In this document: piece after piece, positions 11,698 through 23,400 of the stretch | Layout: each line of letters starts with the position of its first letter | How positions within the stretch are numbered: position 1 is the first letter of the stretch | Origin: Ostrea edulis | Taxonomy: Eukaryota | Assembly (NCBI RefSeq): GCF_947568905.1 | Contig: NC_079169.1 | Coordinates: forward strand, 10,354,001-10,418,000 | Reading direction: 5' to 3' | DNA: 64,000 nucleotides | Notes under the pieces: generated by a model | What the model saw: only the letters and a program-made list of their open reading frames with translations | Databases searched by the model: none | What the model was told of the DNA's origin: nothing | Program-made: the position numbers and the translations under genes

Positions 11698-12271
11698 ATA
11701 TGGCTAGCAACATATAGATTCTGTTCAAGTTTTAGGCAATATGTAAACCGGATTAAATTAAGGTGGTGGCGAGTACGTGACCACCACACCTTCAGCTCAC
11801 CATAATCTGTCAAAAGGTTGCATATATATGTGTAGATCAGTAAATGAAAATATCATTTGACTGAGGAACCTTTATGATTGTATTACTTGCTAATCGTATC
11901 TTCATTCAGTGCACATAGATGAGGTCCAATCTTTGTACTTAGAGTGATACATTTAGGCTATTGACGACAAAATATAGCACTCTCATTCCTGACATTTTCT
12001 CCCATTTCTAGGTAAATGTATTATAATTTATTTCGTTCCTGCCCTTCCCTGCATCCTTTCGTCAAAATATCATCAACTAATACATCGCTGTCGTTTTCTG
12101 TGTTGCTCATTGCTGTACAGTATTGTAATGGTTCTGTGGACTATCTCCTCTGTCATGCTGATGAGAGAATTACCAAGTGTCCTACAATCATCCTGGGCTT
12201 TTCCCTAGTTCTACTTAAGGTATTCCATGTATAATGAAAGGATGATGAACAATTTTGAAGGATTTAGATCA

Positions 12272-12709
12272 ACACAAGAGGCCTAGGGGCCTTATAGGTC
12301 ACCTGAGTATCATGTAACAACCTTCCAATGTTTGAATTAGGTTTGTGTTTAAATACAGTATAAGAATTTTACTTTAGGATGGAAGAAACATTGAATAGCT
12401 ATGTGGTCAGCCCCGCCTTTGCACCAGAACCCCTGACCCAGGGGCCATAAATTTCAGTTTTGAAAGAAGCATCCTTGATCATCATTATCATACTATTAGT
12501 GTGTCTACTTAATACCCAGCAGCAGAGGAGAAGATTTTCAAAGAAATAAAATGCATTTTCACTATATGATCAATAGGGCCCCACCCTAATACCAGAACCC
12601 CTGACCCAGGGGCCATGAACTCCACAATTTTGAAAGAGGCATCCTTGCTCATCATAACCATGCTATTGGTTTGTCTACTTAATACCCAAGGACAGACAAG
12701 AAGATTTTC

Positions 12710-12743
<34 letters not shown>

Positions 12744-14212
12744 GAGCCCCACCCTAGCACCAGAACCCCTGATCCAGGGGCCATGAATTTCACAATTTTT
12801 AACAAGAGGTACTGTGAGCAATGCTCACTAAGAATACCCCCCGCTTACCCCAATCTCCCAAAGGGTGTTGGAAATAGGTATAAACTACCTCTTTTCTGAG
12901 TGTTGCTACTTCGATGTCCAGTGGGCATGGCTTTTGACCTTTTGACCCCAAAATCGATAGGGAACATCTTTCATCCCATGGGTAGTCCATATGTATGATA
13001 TGGTGACTGTAGGTGGAAAGGATAACGCTTTAGAGCCCGGAAACCATATTGCTACTTCAATGTCCAGTGCGCGTGACCTTTGACCTTTTGACTCCAAAAT
13101 CGATAGGGATCATCTTCATCCCATGGGTAGTCCATATATATGATATAGTGACTGTAGGTGGAAAGGATAACGCTTTAGAGCCCGGAAACCATATTGCTAC
13201 TTCAATGTCCAGTGCGCGTGACCTTTGACCTTTTGACCCCCAAATCGATAGGGGTCATCTTCATCCCATGGGTAGTCCATATATATGATATGGTGACTGT
13301 AGGTGGAAAGGATAACGCTTTAGAGCCCGGAAACCATATTGCTACTTCAATGTCCAGTGCGCTTGACCTTTGACCTTTTGACCCCAAAATCAATAGGGAA
13401 CATCTTCATCCTATGGGTAGTCCATATGTATGATATGGTGACTGTAGGTGGAAAGGATAACACTTTAGAGTCCGGAAACCATATTGCTACTTCGATGTCC
13501 AGTGTGCTTGACCTTTGACCTTTTGACTCCAAAATCGATAGGGAACATCTTCATACCATGGGTAGTCCATATATATGATATGGTGACGGTAGGTGGAAAG
13601 GATAATGCTTTAGAGCCCGGAAACCATTGCGTCTACAGACGGACGGATGGACGGACAGACGGACAACCCGATTCCAGTATACCTCCCCCCCCCCCACCAC
13701 AACTTGTTGCGGGGGTACAAAGAGGCATCCTTGCTCATCATTACCATACTATTAGTTTGTCTACTTAATACCCAGAGACAGAGAAGATTTTCAAAGAATT
13801 TCTACATTTTCACTATATGACCAATAGAGCCCCACCCTAACACAAGAACCCCTGCCCCAGGGGCCATGAATTTCACAATTTTGGTAGAGGGCTCAACGTT
13901 CATTATAATTATACCCACAGTTTGGCTTCTTGATGTCCAGGAGTAAAGAAGAAGATTTTTTAAAATTACTCATTTTGATGGTTTTTGCCCCACCCCTCAG
14001 GCCCCAGGCGGGCAGGGACCACGAATTTCACAATTTTTGTTCCCCTCCACCCACAGATGCTATATGCCAAAATTGGTTGAAATTGGTTCAGGGGTTTCAG
14101 AGAAGAAGCTGAAAATGTTCAAATGTTAACGCACGACGAACGACGAACGACGACCGACGACGGATAAAAACAGATAGCAATAGGTCACCTGAATGAATTC
14201 AGGTGACCTAAT
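12272..14212 (+). mobile_element. Non-autonomous Helentron/pearl-like element with ~178-bp satellite units
   Basis: 5' acaagaggcc..aggtcacctgag; internal units ccagaacccctgacccaggggccatgaa; (gacga)n near the 3' end; terminal hairpin aggtcacctgaatgaattcaggtgaccta followed by an A-run. Interrupted by a nested element. Confidence 0.85.
12801..13720 (+). mobile_element. Nested Helentron/pearl-like element with five ~145-bp tandem units
   Basis: Starts aacaagaggtactgtgagc; units begin tgctacttc(g/a)atgtccagtg (~12904, 13051, 13196, 13340, 13485); (gacg)n microsatellite, then a 3' hairpin ending gggggtacaa. The host unit resumes at aagaggcatcc. Confidence 0.85.
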
Positions 14213-15049
14213 AAAAGTTTATTGTTAAATTATTATGAAAGTGAAGCAGATGAAATTCACATGACTGGTAAATGATTAGAAGCTGACCTTTTTGCACTTA
14301 AGACTTTTTGGAAGAATTGTCTGCTCATTGTAAAAATAAGACAAATCTAATTGTCTAAAAATGTGTGTGGTTAATGATTAATTTAATTTCATATTTTCAT
14401 AAAAAGAAAGTGTATGCAACTTTCTACCAAGAGATTAGTATGAAAATATAATTTGTTTTTAACATATTGTAATAAAACATGTTTTTCCCATATACTTCAA
14501 TGTTAAATTCTAGGTGAAATACATCAAGCAGTAAACAAAATTTAGAAATTTCCTATGGTGGATTATTTTTATTTGTTGAACCATTCAAAATGATACCATG
14601 ATTACAAATATTCCACCATCCATTTATTAGATATGAGATAATGGTCATTATACATTGAATACCTTAATATGTACTGGAGTTTCGATCTTGTTACTATCTG
14701 CTCTGAATTTTCTTCTTTCTCTGTCCAAAATTTCTCCTAATCTACGAAGGGCGTGGTCATTACCACTGGTTCTTGTCCTTTAATGCTTTCTCGCTTCCAC
14801 ACAAAATACAAGCCATTTTCTCTTGCGCGATGTTTCTCAATGATATATAATTTTGTGACACTTCACGTACAATTCACTTGCATTCTACCTCTTTTCTACA
14901 AAACATCTTGATGTAGATTACCATGTATGTTTTAGATCTTGCATATTTTGAAAATCCCTGGTTATTGCAAGAAAATATATAACGTCGGGTCTTATGTTTT
15001 ACAGGAAGTTGTATAAATAGACATTACTCTAGCAAAGAAGGAGAGAAGC

Positions 15050-15125
15050 CTTTGGCACATTTAGGTATCGAACCAGGACCCTTGCATTACTAGTTAGGTG
15101 ATCTAACCACTGAACTACCCAGGCC
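15050..15125 (-). mobile_element. tRNA-derived SINE head (A and B boxes)
   Basis: Reverse complement gives ggtagttcagtggttagatc..gtcctggttcgatacc; there is no complete cloverleaf. Confidence 0.6.
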
Positions 15126-15315
15126 GGTATACAAACTATGTGAATATTATAATATAAAATTCAAACTTATTTCGGAAATCATTCAAGAACTCAACATATC
15201 GAGATGAAACAATTCTAGAAAAAAATGTCTGAAACGTGGCGAATGTCCAAGTTCACTTGTAGTTAAATTCACGTGTTCTAAATTTTGGCAACTTTTTACC
15301 AAGACAATAGATAAG

Positions 15316-15488
15316 GCTTGGCGCAGTAGCTCAGTGATAGGCGTTCGTTTTGTGGTCAGGAGGTCGAACGTTCGAGTCCTATTCGTAAGGGCAATTCATA
15401 GGTCTAAATTTACGATACTTCGCCTACAACTGGTGAGGTTCCAATGTGAGTGACAAAATGCCGTACGGGACGTAAAACAATCAATCAG
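15316..15488 (+). mobile_element. tRNA-derived SINE
   Basis: A box tagctcagtgatag, B box cgttcgagtcc, 3' tail gggacgtaaaacaatcaatc shared with 19915-20010 (reverse). Confidence 0.7.
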
Positions 15489-15543
15489 TTATAATATTCT
15501 TCACCAATTTCGTCCTGTCTGCTATCTGTTTCTCCTATGTATG

Positions 15544-15800
15544 TAAAACTTATACGGTACCAATTTTGATGCACCAGATGCGCATTTCGACAAATAATGT
15601 CTCTTCAGTGATGCTCAACCAAAATGTTTGAAATCCTAAATAACTATGAAGTTTTAGAGCTAAATATAGCCAAAAACAGCGTGCCAAAAAAAGTGGAGCC
15701 AAATTCGTCCAAGGATAAGAGCTATGCATGAGGGAGATAATCCTTAATTTTGAAATGAATTTCTAAATTTTATAACAGCAATTAAATATACATCCGTATT
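15544..15800 (-). mobile_element. Hammerhead-carrying interspersed repeat, copy 2
   Basis: Near-identical to 4412-4650. Confidence 0.7.
15571..15614 (-). ncRNA. Minimal type I hammerhead ribozyme (second copy)
   Basis: 44-nt sequence identical to 4440-4483. Confidence 0.85.
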
Positions 15801-16069
15801 TATACATGGTAATCGTATCGCCAGGTTAGGCAGAATTTCGTCAAAGTTATATGCATTAGTTTTCTAGAACTAACAATAATTCTGTATATTATTCTTGTTC
15901 GAACTTAAGAATTCATTCTCCTCTCCACTCTGATTACTCTTCTGTCCCTCTTTAATCCTAATCGACATTGGTATGTGGTATCTAAGCGTCATGGCATGCT
16001 TAGATGCTTAATACATCTACACACAGTTGTTGTAACCACAGCGAGGCATCATGAGTCATTCTGGAACAA

Positions 16070-17991
16070 CCATTTACGAAAGGGACAATCACTCACCAAA
16101 GAGACAATCACTCACCAAAGAGACAATCACTCACCAAAGGGAAAATCACTCACCAAAGGGAAAATCACTCACCAAAGAGACAATCACTCACCAAAGAGAC
16201 AATCACTCACCAAAGGGAAAACTACTCACCAAAGGAAGGGACAATTACTCACCAAAGAGACAATCACTCACCAAAGGGAAAACTACTCACCAAAGGAAGG
16301 GACAATCACTCACCAAAGAGACAATCACTCACCAAAGGGAAAATCACTCATCAAAGGGAAAATCATTCACCAAAGGGAAAACCACTCACCAAAGGAAGGG
16401 ACAATCACTCACCAAAGAGACAATCACTCATCAAAGGGAAAATCACTCACCAAAGAGACAATCACTCACCAAAGAGACAATCCCTCACTAAAGGGAAAAT
16501 CACTCACCAAAGGGAAAATCGCTCACCAAAGAGACAATCACTCACCAAAGGAAGGGACAATCACTCACCAAAGAGACAATCACTCATCAAAGGGAAAATT
16601 ACTCACCAAAGAGACAATCCCTCACCAAAGAGAGAAGTATTCATCAAAAGAGACAATCCCTCACCAAAGGGACAATCCCTCACCAAAGAGACAATCCCTC
16701 ACCAAAGAGACAATTCCTCACCAAAGGGACAATCACTCACCAAAGAGACAATCCCTCACCAAAGAGAGAAGTATTCATCAAAAGAGACAATCCCTCACCA
16801 AAGGGACAATCCCTCACCAAAGAGACAATCACTCACCAAAGAGACAATTCCTCACCAAAGGGACAATCACTCACCAAAGAGACAATCCCTCACCAAAGAG
16901 AGAAGTATTCATCAAAAGAGACAATCCCTCACCAAAGGGAAAATCACTCACTAAAGAGACAATCAATCACCAAAGAAACAATCACACACCATAGGAATAA
17001 TCCCTCACCAAAGAGACAATCACTCACCAAAGAGACAATCACTCACCAAAGGGAAAAGCGCTCACCAAAGAGACAATCACTCACCAAAGAGAGAAATATT
17101 CATCAAAAGGGACAATCACTCACCAAAGGAATAATCCCTCATCAAAGAGACAATCACTCACCAAGGAGATAATATCTCACCAAAGGGACAATCTCTCACC
17201 AAAGAGACAATCCCTCACCAAAGAGACAATCCCTCACCAAAGAGACAATCACTCAAAAAAAAAGGAAAATCCCTCACCAAAGAGACAATCACTCACCAAA
17301 GAGACAATCCCTCACCAAAGAGACAATCCCTCACCAAAGGGACAATCACTCACCAAAGAGACAATCCCTCACCAAAGAGACAATCACTCACTAAAGAGAG
17401 AAGTATTCATCAAAAGAGACAATCACTCACCAAAGGGACAATCACTCACCAAAGAAACAATCCCTCAACAAAGAGAGAAGTATTCATCAAAAGAGACAAT
17501 CCCTCACCAAAGGGACAATCACTCACCAAAGAGACAATCCCTCACCAAAGGGACAATCCCTCACCAAAGAGACAATCCTCACCAAAGAGACAATCCCTCA
17601 CCAAAGAGAGAAGTATTCATCAAAAGAGACAATCACTCACCAAAGAGACAATCACTCACCAAAGGGACAATCACTCACCAAAGAGACAATCCCTCACCAA
17701 AGAGACAACCCCTCACCAAAGGGACAATCACTCACCAAAGAGACAATCACTCACCAAAGGGACAATCACTCACCAAAAAGACAATCCCTCACCAAAGAGA
17801 CAGTCCCTCACCAAAGAGAGAAGTATTCATCAAAAGAGACAATCACTCACCAAAGAGACAATCACTCACCAAAGGGACATTCACTCACCAAAGAGACAAT
17901 CCCTCACCAAAGAGACAATCCCTCACCAAAGGGACAATCACTCACCGAAGAGACAATCACTCACCAAAGGACTGGACAATCACTCACCAAA
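16070..17991. repeat. 19-bp minisatellite (caccaaagagacaatcact) with variant blocks, ~100 units
   Basis: Directly visible; explains the spurious ORFs 15975-16994 and 16051-16491. More units at 19351-19510. Confidence 0.95.
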
Positions 17992-19349
17992 CATTCCTCA
18001 CTATAAGTTGAAGACTTCCCTTTTTGAAATCATAGACCGTTGATTCTTCAACAAAATGGAAATCGGAAATATTCATATCTAGTGATAAGTCATCCAAAAA
18101 ATAACTTTGTTAAACACCACTCTGATTCCACGCACAAGTACTCTGAAGTTGAAATAAAAATATGCTAGAGTTCCTCTTTGACAATATATTCATGATTTTT
18201 GGTGATCAGGTCTTCCAAAATTCTGTTAGAATTCCCATGGGCACAAAGTCTGCTTCTTTGTTAGCTGACCTGTTTATATCAGCAGAATTTATTCAAAAAC
18301 TTCTACGTGAGAAGAAAAAATCTTTTGCTGTGACCTTCAATTCGACATTTAGATATATCGACGACGTTTTGTCTATTAAGGTAGTACTCTACATCGTCAT
18401 AATGGCTGACTTCCTTTAAAAACATGGATGAAAAAATCGATATCAGCAATATTTGACTTTTCCTTTTCAATATAAATACATAGCCGAGTAGCTCAGTAGG
18501 TTAGAATACCGACTGCTGAACTGTAGGTCGCAGGTTCGAGTCCAGCAGGGGTTTTAAAAAAATTTCAGATTACTTTCTACTAAAACTGTACTTCTTGACA
18601 AAATAAAGTACATTTGAAAATTTTCAACTTCAAAATAATGTTGTACATATCCTCCACTTTTCATCCACATCAAATTTCTCTGGTGTAGCATACCTCCTTA
18701 ACATTAACTTTCATTCATATGTCGATTCGATATATCCTTGTGAACTCGAAATAAAAGACACCACAGAGTCGTCCACTTCTGCTCCATACTTAGATATTTT
18801 ATTGAAAGTAGACATTAACGGCAAACTGACAACACAACTGTGACAAACGGGATGATTTCAGCTCAATCGTCAACTTCCCAAATTTATGTAACAATATTCC
18901 ATTATCACCTGCATGTGGTGTTTATATCTTTTAACTGATTCGATACGCAACAGCCTGTTCTGGGTATAGTCAGGTTTTAAATCGAGACAAGCTACTGACA
19001 AACAAGTTGATGGTACAAGGGTTTCAACAGTCTCGATTGAAGTCAGTATTTCGCAAATTCTATGGTCGTTATAACGGTCTAGCTCTTCAATACAACCTAT
19101 CATTGGGTCAAATGCTCGCTGACATGTTTCATACCGATTGTTAGGTCATTTTTGGCACACTGATTTTGACTACGAATAACTCCGTTTTGCCTGATCAGGA
19201 TAGAGGACTCGATCGACAGGGGATGCTTGCTTCTCCTAGGCACCTGGTTCCACCTCTGTTGTGTCCAGGGGTCCGTGTTTGCCCAACTATCTATTTTGTA
19301 TTGCTTGTGGGAGTTGTGGGATTGATCACTGTTCGTTATCTTCACTTTT
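17992..19349 (+). mobile_element. Penelope-like retroelement, 5'-truncated (RT with YIDD, C-terminal region, 3' end)
   Basis: ORF 18162-18419 reads MLEFLFDNIFMIFGDQVFQNSVRIPMGTKSASLLADLF..STFRYIDDVLSI; homology continues after an insertion (YPCELEIKDTTES.., RLKSVFRKFYGRY..YNLSLGQMLADMFHTDC). Confidence 0.9.
18380..18697. mobile_element. TTAA-flanked non-autonomous DNA transposon (Kolobok-like) containing a tRNA-like Pol III head
   Basis: TTAA at 18376-18379 and 18698-18701; imperfect TIRs ggtagtactctacatc / ggtgtagcatacctcc; internal A and B boxes at ~18482-18555. Confidence 0.7.
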
Positions 19350-19529
19350 AACCAAAGAGACAATCACTCACCAAAGGACTGGACAATCACTCACCAAAGG
19401 AACAATCACTTACAAAAGAGAGAATCACTCGCCAAAGAGACAATCACTCACCAAAGAGACAATCACTCACCATCGGGGCAAATTACTCACCAAATGCACA
19501 ACCACTCACCATAGTCAACAGGATCACAC

Positions 19530-19697
19530 TTTTGTATGAAAGGTGAAGATAACGAACAGTGATCAATCTCATAAATCCGATAAGCAATACAAAATAGAGA
19601 ATTGAGCAAACACGGACCCCTGGACACACCAGAGGTGGGATCAGGTACCTAGGAGAAGTAAGCATCCCATGTCGACCGGTCACACCCGCCGTGAGCC
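19530..19697 (-). mobile_element. Inverted Penelope-like 3' terminal fragment
   Basis: Reverse complement of ~19205-19349. Confidence 0.8.
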
Positions 19698-19914
19698 ACA
19701 TCCTTTCGTATAATATTCTAAAAAAAAAGTGGTCATTTTGGGATCTGCCGTCTCCCTTTTATGAGCGGAAAAAATACACCCTTGGGTCGCAGCATCCACT
19801 GTTTCTGAATCCTCCCATTAAGAATGTTGCAGACTGCACCATTGTATCTTGTACCATGATGTCCAATAAATGGAACATCTTGATTATGTTTGATTAGATA
19901 ACCAGCTATTCATC

Positions 19915-20010
19915 CCCGGATTAGTTGATTGATTGTTTGTTTGTTTTACGTCCCGTCAAGAATTTTTCATTCATATTGAGACGTCACCAGCTATAAGTGA
20001 AGTACCACCA
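19915..20010 (-). mobile_element. SINE 3' fragment
   Basis: Reverse complement gives ctggtgacgtctcaatatgaatgaaaaattcttgacgggacgtaaaacaaacaaacaatcaatc. Confidence 0.65.
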
Positions 20011-20474
20011 AAAAAATAATAATACCCAAACATGAAAATGTGTCCCTCAGCTGTTCACAAATTTATGGGTGAAACTTGGAAATTTTGTACATTTTACCTT
20101 GTATGCCTAATCATTATCTTGCATGACATATTATAATATTTTAGGAGAGGTACTAGTTGTTAGAAGTTGTTCTCAATCCTTTCGATTTGATGAAATTGAT
20201 CAATCAAAATATCTTCAAACCAAACCAATCTTGACTCCAAATATTTTCATTCGAGTTTTATAAAACAGAAAATTTAAAAAAAAAATTATATTAATAATAA
20301 TGAAAACAAATATAAATCACATCTAACTCTAAGGTGGTCCTCGTGTCCTCTACCTAAAGGTAAAATGTTTAGTCCCCCTCGCCCTGAAATCTTGAATCCG
20401 CAGGGATCTATACTCTTTTAACGTCATGTGATACTCACGTGAGTTGTCCTTTTCTCTTGCGTAAGGGACACAAA

Positions 20475-23400
20475 ATGGCGCCGTTTTCGATGAAAGAAAT
20501 AGTTTCCTTGTGCATTTTGAGTGTATTCGTGTTAATTGAGACATGTCATGCTCACCTCTGTTTAATAAGCCCTGCACAAAGAGGCTCTCTTGCAGGAATT
20601 AACAAAGCAGGTATGATTGGATGATGATATAGAGAAAGTCACGCGTGCAGTGACCGGACTAAGAGCTGGCAGCTGAATAGGGCCAAATATATATATATAT
20701 TTATTTATTTATGTATATGTTGGTTTCCACTTTCCCGACCAACTCTAAACATTTCTGCCGACCCTAACACATTTTTTTCCATTCTCACAAATTTCGCGAA
20801 TGTCTTCACTACAGAAAGAGTATATTTATTGACTTATTAAGCTATTTATTATGCACTAACACATTCCAAACCACAGTTTTTGTTTACAGTACAGTGGAAG
20901 TAATGTTTTGATTCATCATATAACTTTTATTTGATTAATACTAGACAATCACTATATTTTATGCATAGTAGAATACTAAATCATTAAAAAATAGTTCAAC
21001 CTCTAAAAAAGAATATAGCTACCTTCCGACCCTTAAAGCAATACGAGCTGTAACTGACGGCATTTTTTCAACTATCCAATTATGCATCAATTAACTCCTA
21101 TTGGCATAACTGATATAATCACCAAGATCTGAAGAAAAATCCAGCAAACTAAAAAAGGGAACATTGTTTGAGAGCATACATACATTATGAGCATTTCGTA
21201 TAAACCGCCATTGCGTCGTATGTACGCAGACATGGGAACAATGATTGCCGAACATAATCAGGTTGCTGAGACCGAAGTCATATACAAAGATGGAAACTGA
21301 CGTGAATAACTACACATTTCGTTTGTTTAAAGTATTGCATCATTTCATGAATGACAAGAAGTACTATAAGTGTAAGAAAGTAATAATTACGCAAATGTTC
21401 AACTCAAATGAAATTTTGGTTGTGATTTTCTATACAATTGGCATGTTTTGTTTACAAATCTAACACGCGCTCAGTGCCTCCCTTTCGCTTTTTTCCAAAC
21501 TGGTGACCTCCGAGGTCAATGCACATCGGAGATTACGAGCAGGAATTACTGACAGGATGACAATGATTCATGAATCGACATTTTCTGCTTATCTGATGGG
21601 TTTATTGCTTCAGATTTACTCTGATTCCATTAAGTTGTATGTATTTAATCACAAATATGTTAAATATTTGTTCTTTTATTTTTCAATTTATTTACCGTCA
21701 GTTACAGCATGTATTGCTTTAATTTTTTTTTAGGTGAAAGTGGAAACCAACATATATTTTTTTTGGCCTAGTGTTGATTATAGAAACAGTGAGGTACACT
21801 AGACAAATGCTGATTTCATGTTTTCCTCATAAAACTTTATTAATTTTTTTTTTCACTCAGGTAATGATAACTGTTTCCAAGTGAAAGGACCCTGTGGGAA
21901 AATGCCGCCAAGTAAAGATGGCGTTATTATTAGGTATGTTCTTATCAGATACCAGAGTGTCTAATGATCTCAGTATTACTCACAGTAAAGACGGCATTAT
22001 TATTAGGTATGTTCTTATCAGATACCAGAGTGTCTAATGATCTCAGTATTACTCACAGTAAAGACGTCGTTATTATTAGGTATGTTATTATCAGATACCA
22101 GAGTGTCTAATGATCTCAGTACTCACAGTAAAAACGTCGTTATTATTAGGTATGTTCTTATCAGATACCAGAGTGTCTAATGATATCAGTACTCACAGTA
22201 AAGACGCCGTTATTATTAGGTATGTTATTATCAGATACCAGAGTGTCTAATGAACTCAGTATTACTCACAGTAAAGACGGCATTATTATTAGGTATGTTC
22301 TTATCAGATACCAGAGTGTCTAATGATCTCAGTATTACTCACAGTAAAGACGTCGTTATTATTAGGTATGTTATTATCAGATACCAGAGTGTCTAATGAT
22401 CTCAGTACTCACAGTAAAGACGTCGTTATTATTAGGTATGTTCTTATCAGATACCAGAGTGTCTAATGATCTCAGTATTACTCACAGTAAAGACGGCATT
22501 ATTATTAGGTATGTTCTTATCAGATACCAGAGTGTCTAATGATCTCAGTATTACTCACAGTAAAGACGTCGTTATTATTAGGTATGTTATTATCAGATAC
22601 CAGAGTGTCTAATGATCTCAGTACTCACAGTAAAGACGTCGTTATTATTAGGTATGTTCTTATCAGATACCAGAGTGTCTAATGATATCAGTACTCACAG
22701 TAAAGACGCCGTTATTATTAGGTATGTTATTATCAGATACCAGAGTGTCTAATGAACTCAGTATTACTCACAGTAAAGACGGCATTATTATTAGGTATGT
22801 TCTTATCAGATACCAGAGTGTCTAATGATCTCAGTATTACTCACAGTAAAGACGTCGTTATTATTAGGTATGTTATTATCAGATACCAGAGTGTCTAATG
22901 ATCTCAGTACTCACAGTAAAGACGTCGTTATTATTAGGTATGTTATTATCAGATACCAGAGTGTCTAATGATCTCAGTACTCACAGTAAAGACGTCGTTA
23001 TTATTAGGTATGTTATTATCAGATACCAGAGTGTCTAATGATCTCAGTGCTCACAGTAAAGACGTCGTTATTATTAGGTATGTTATTATCAGATACCAGA
23101 GTGTCTAATGATCTCAGTACTCACAGTAAAGACGTCGTTATTATTAGGTATGTTATTATCAGATACCAGAGTGTCTAATGATCTCAGTACTCACAGTAAA
23201 GACGTCGTTATTATTAGGTATGTTATTATCAGATACCAGAGTATCTAATGATCTCAGTATTACTCACAGTAAAGACGTCGTTATTATTAGGTATGTTATT
23301 ATCAGATACCAGAGTATCTAATGATCTCAGTGCTCACAGTAAAGACGTCGTTATTATTAGGTATGTTATTATCAGATACCAGAGTGTCTAATGATCTCAG

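Noticed and set aside
12509-13768. Several ORFs with repeated peptides (e.g. IEVAIWFPGSKALSF)
   Set aside because: Translations of Helentron-borne satellite units.
15975-16994. 339-aa ORF (and overlapping 146-aa ORF)
   Set aside because: Arises from a 19-bp satellite that lacks stop codons; no splice or domain support.
18482-18556. Possible tRNA gene
   Set aside because: A and B boxes are present but the acceptor and anticodon stems do not pair; it is a SINE-like head inside a transposon. The same applies to 15050-15125 and 15316-15390.
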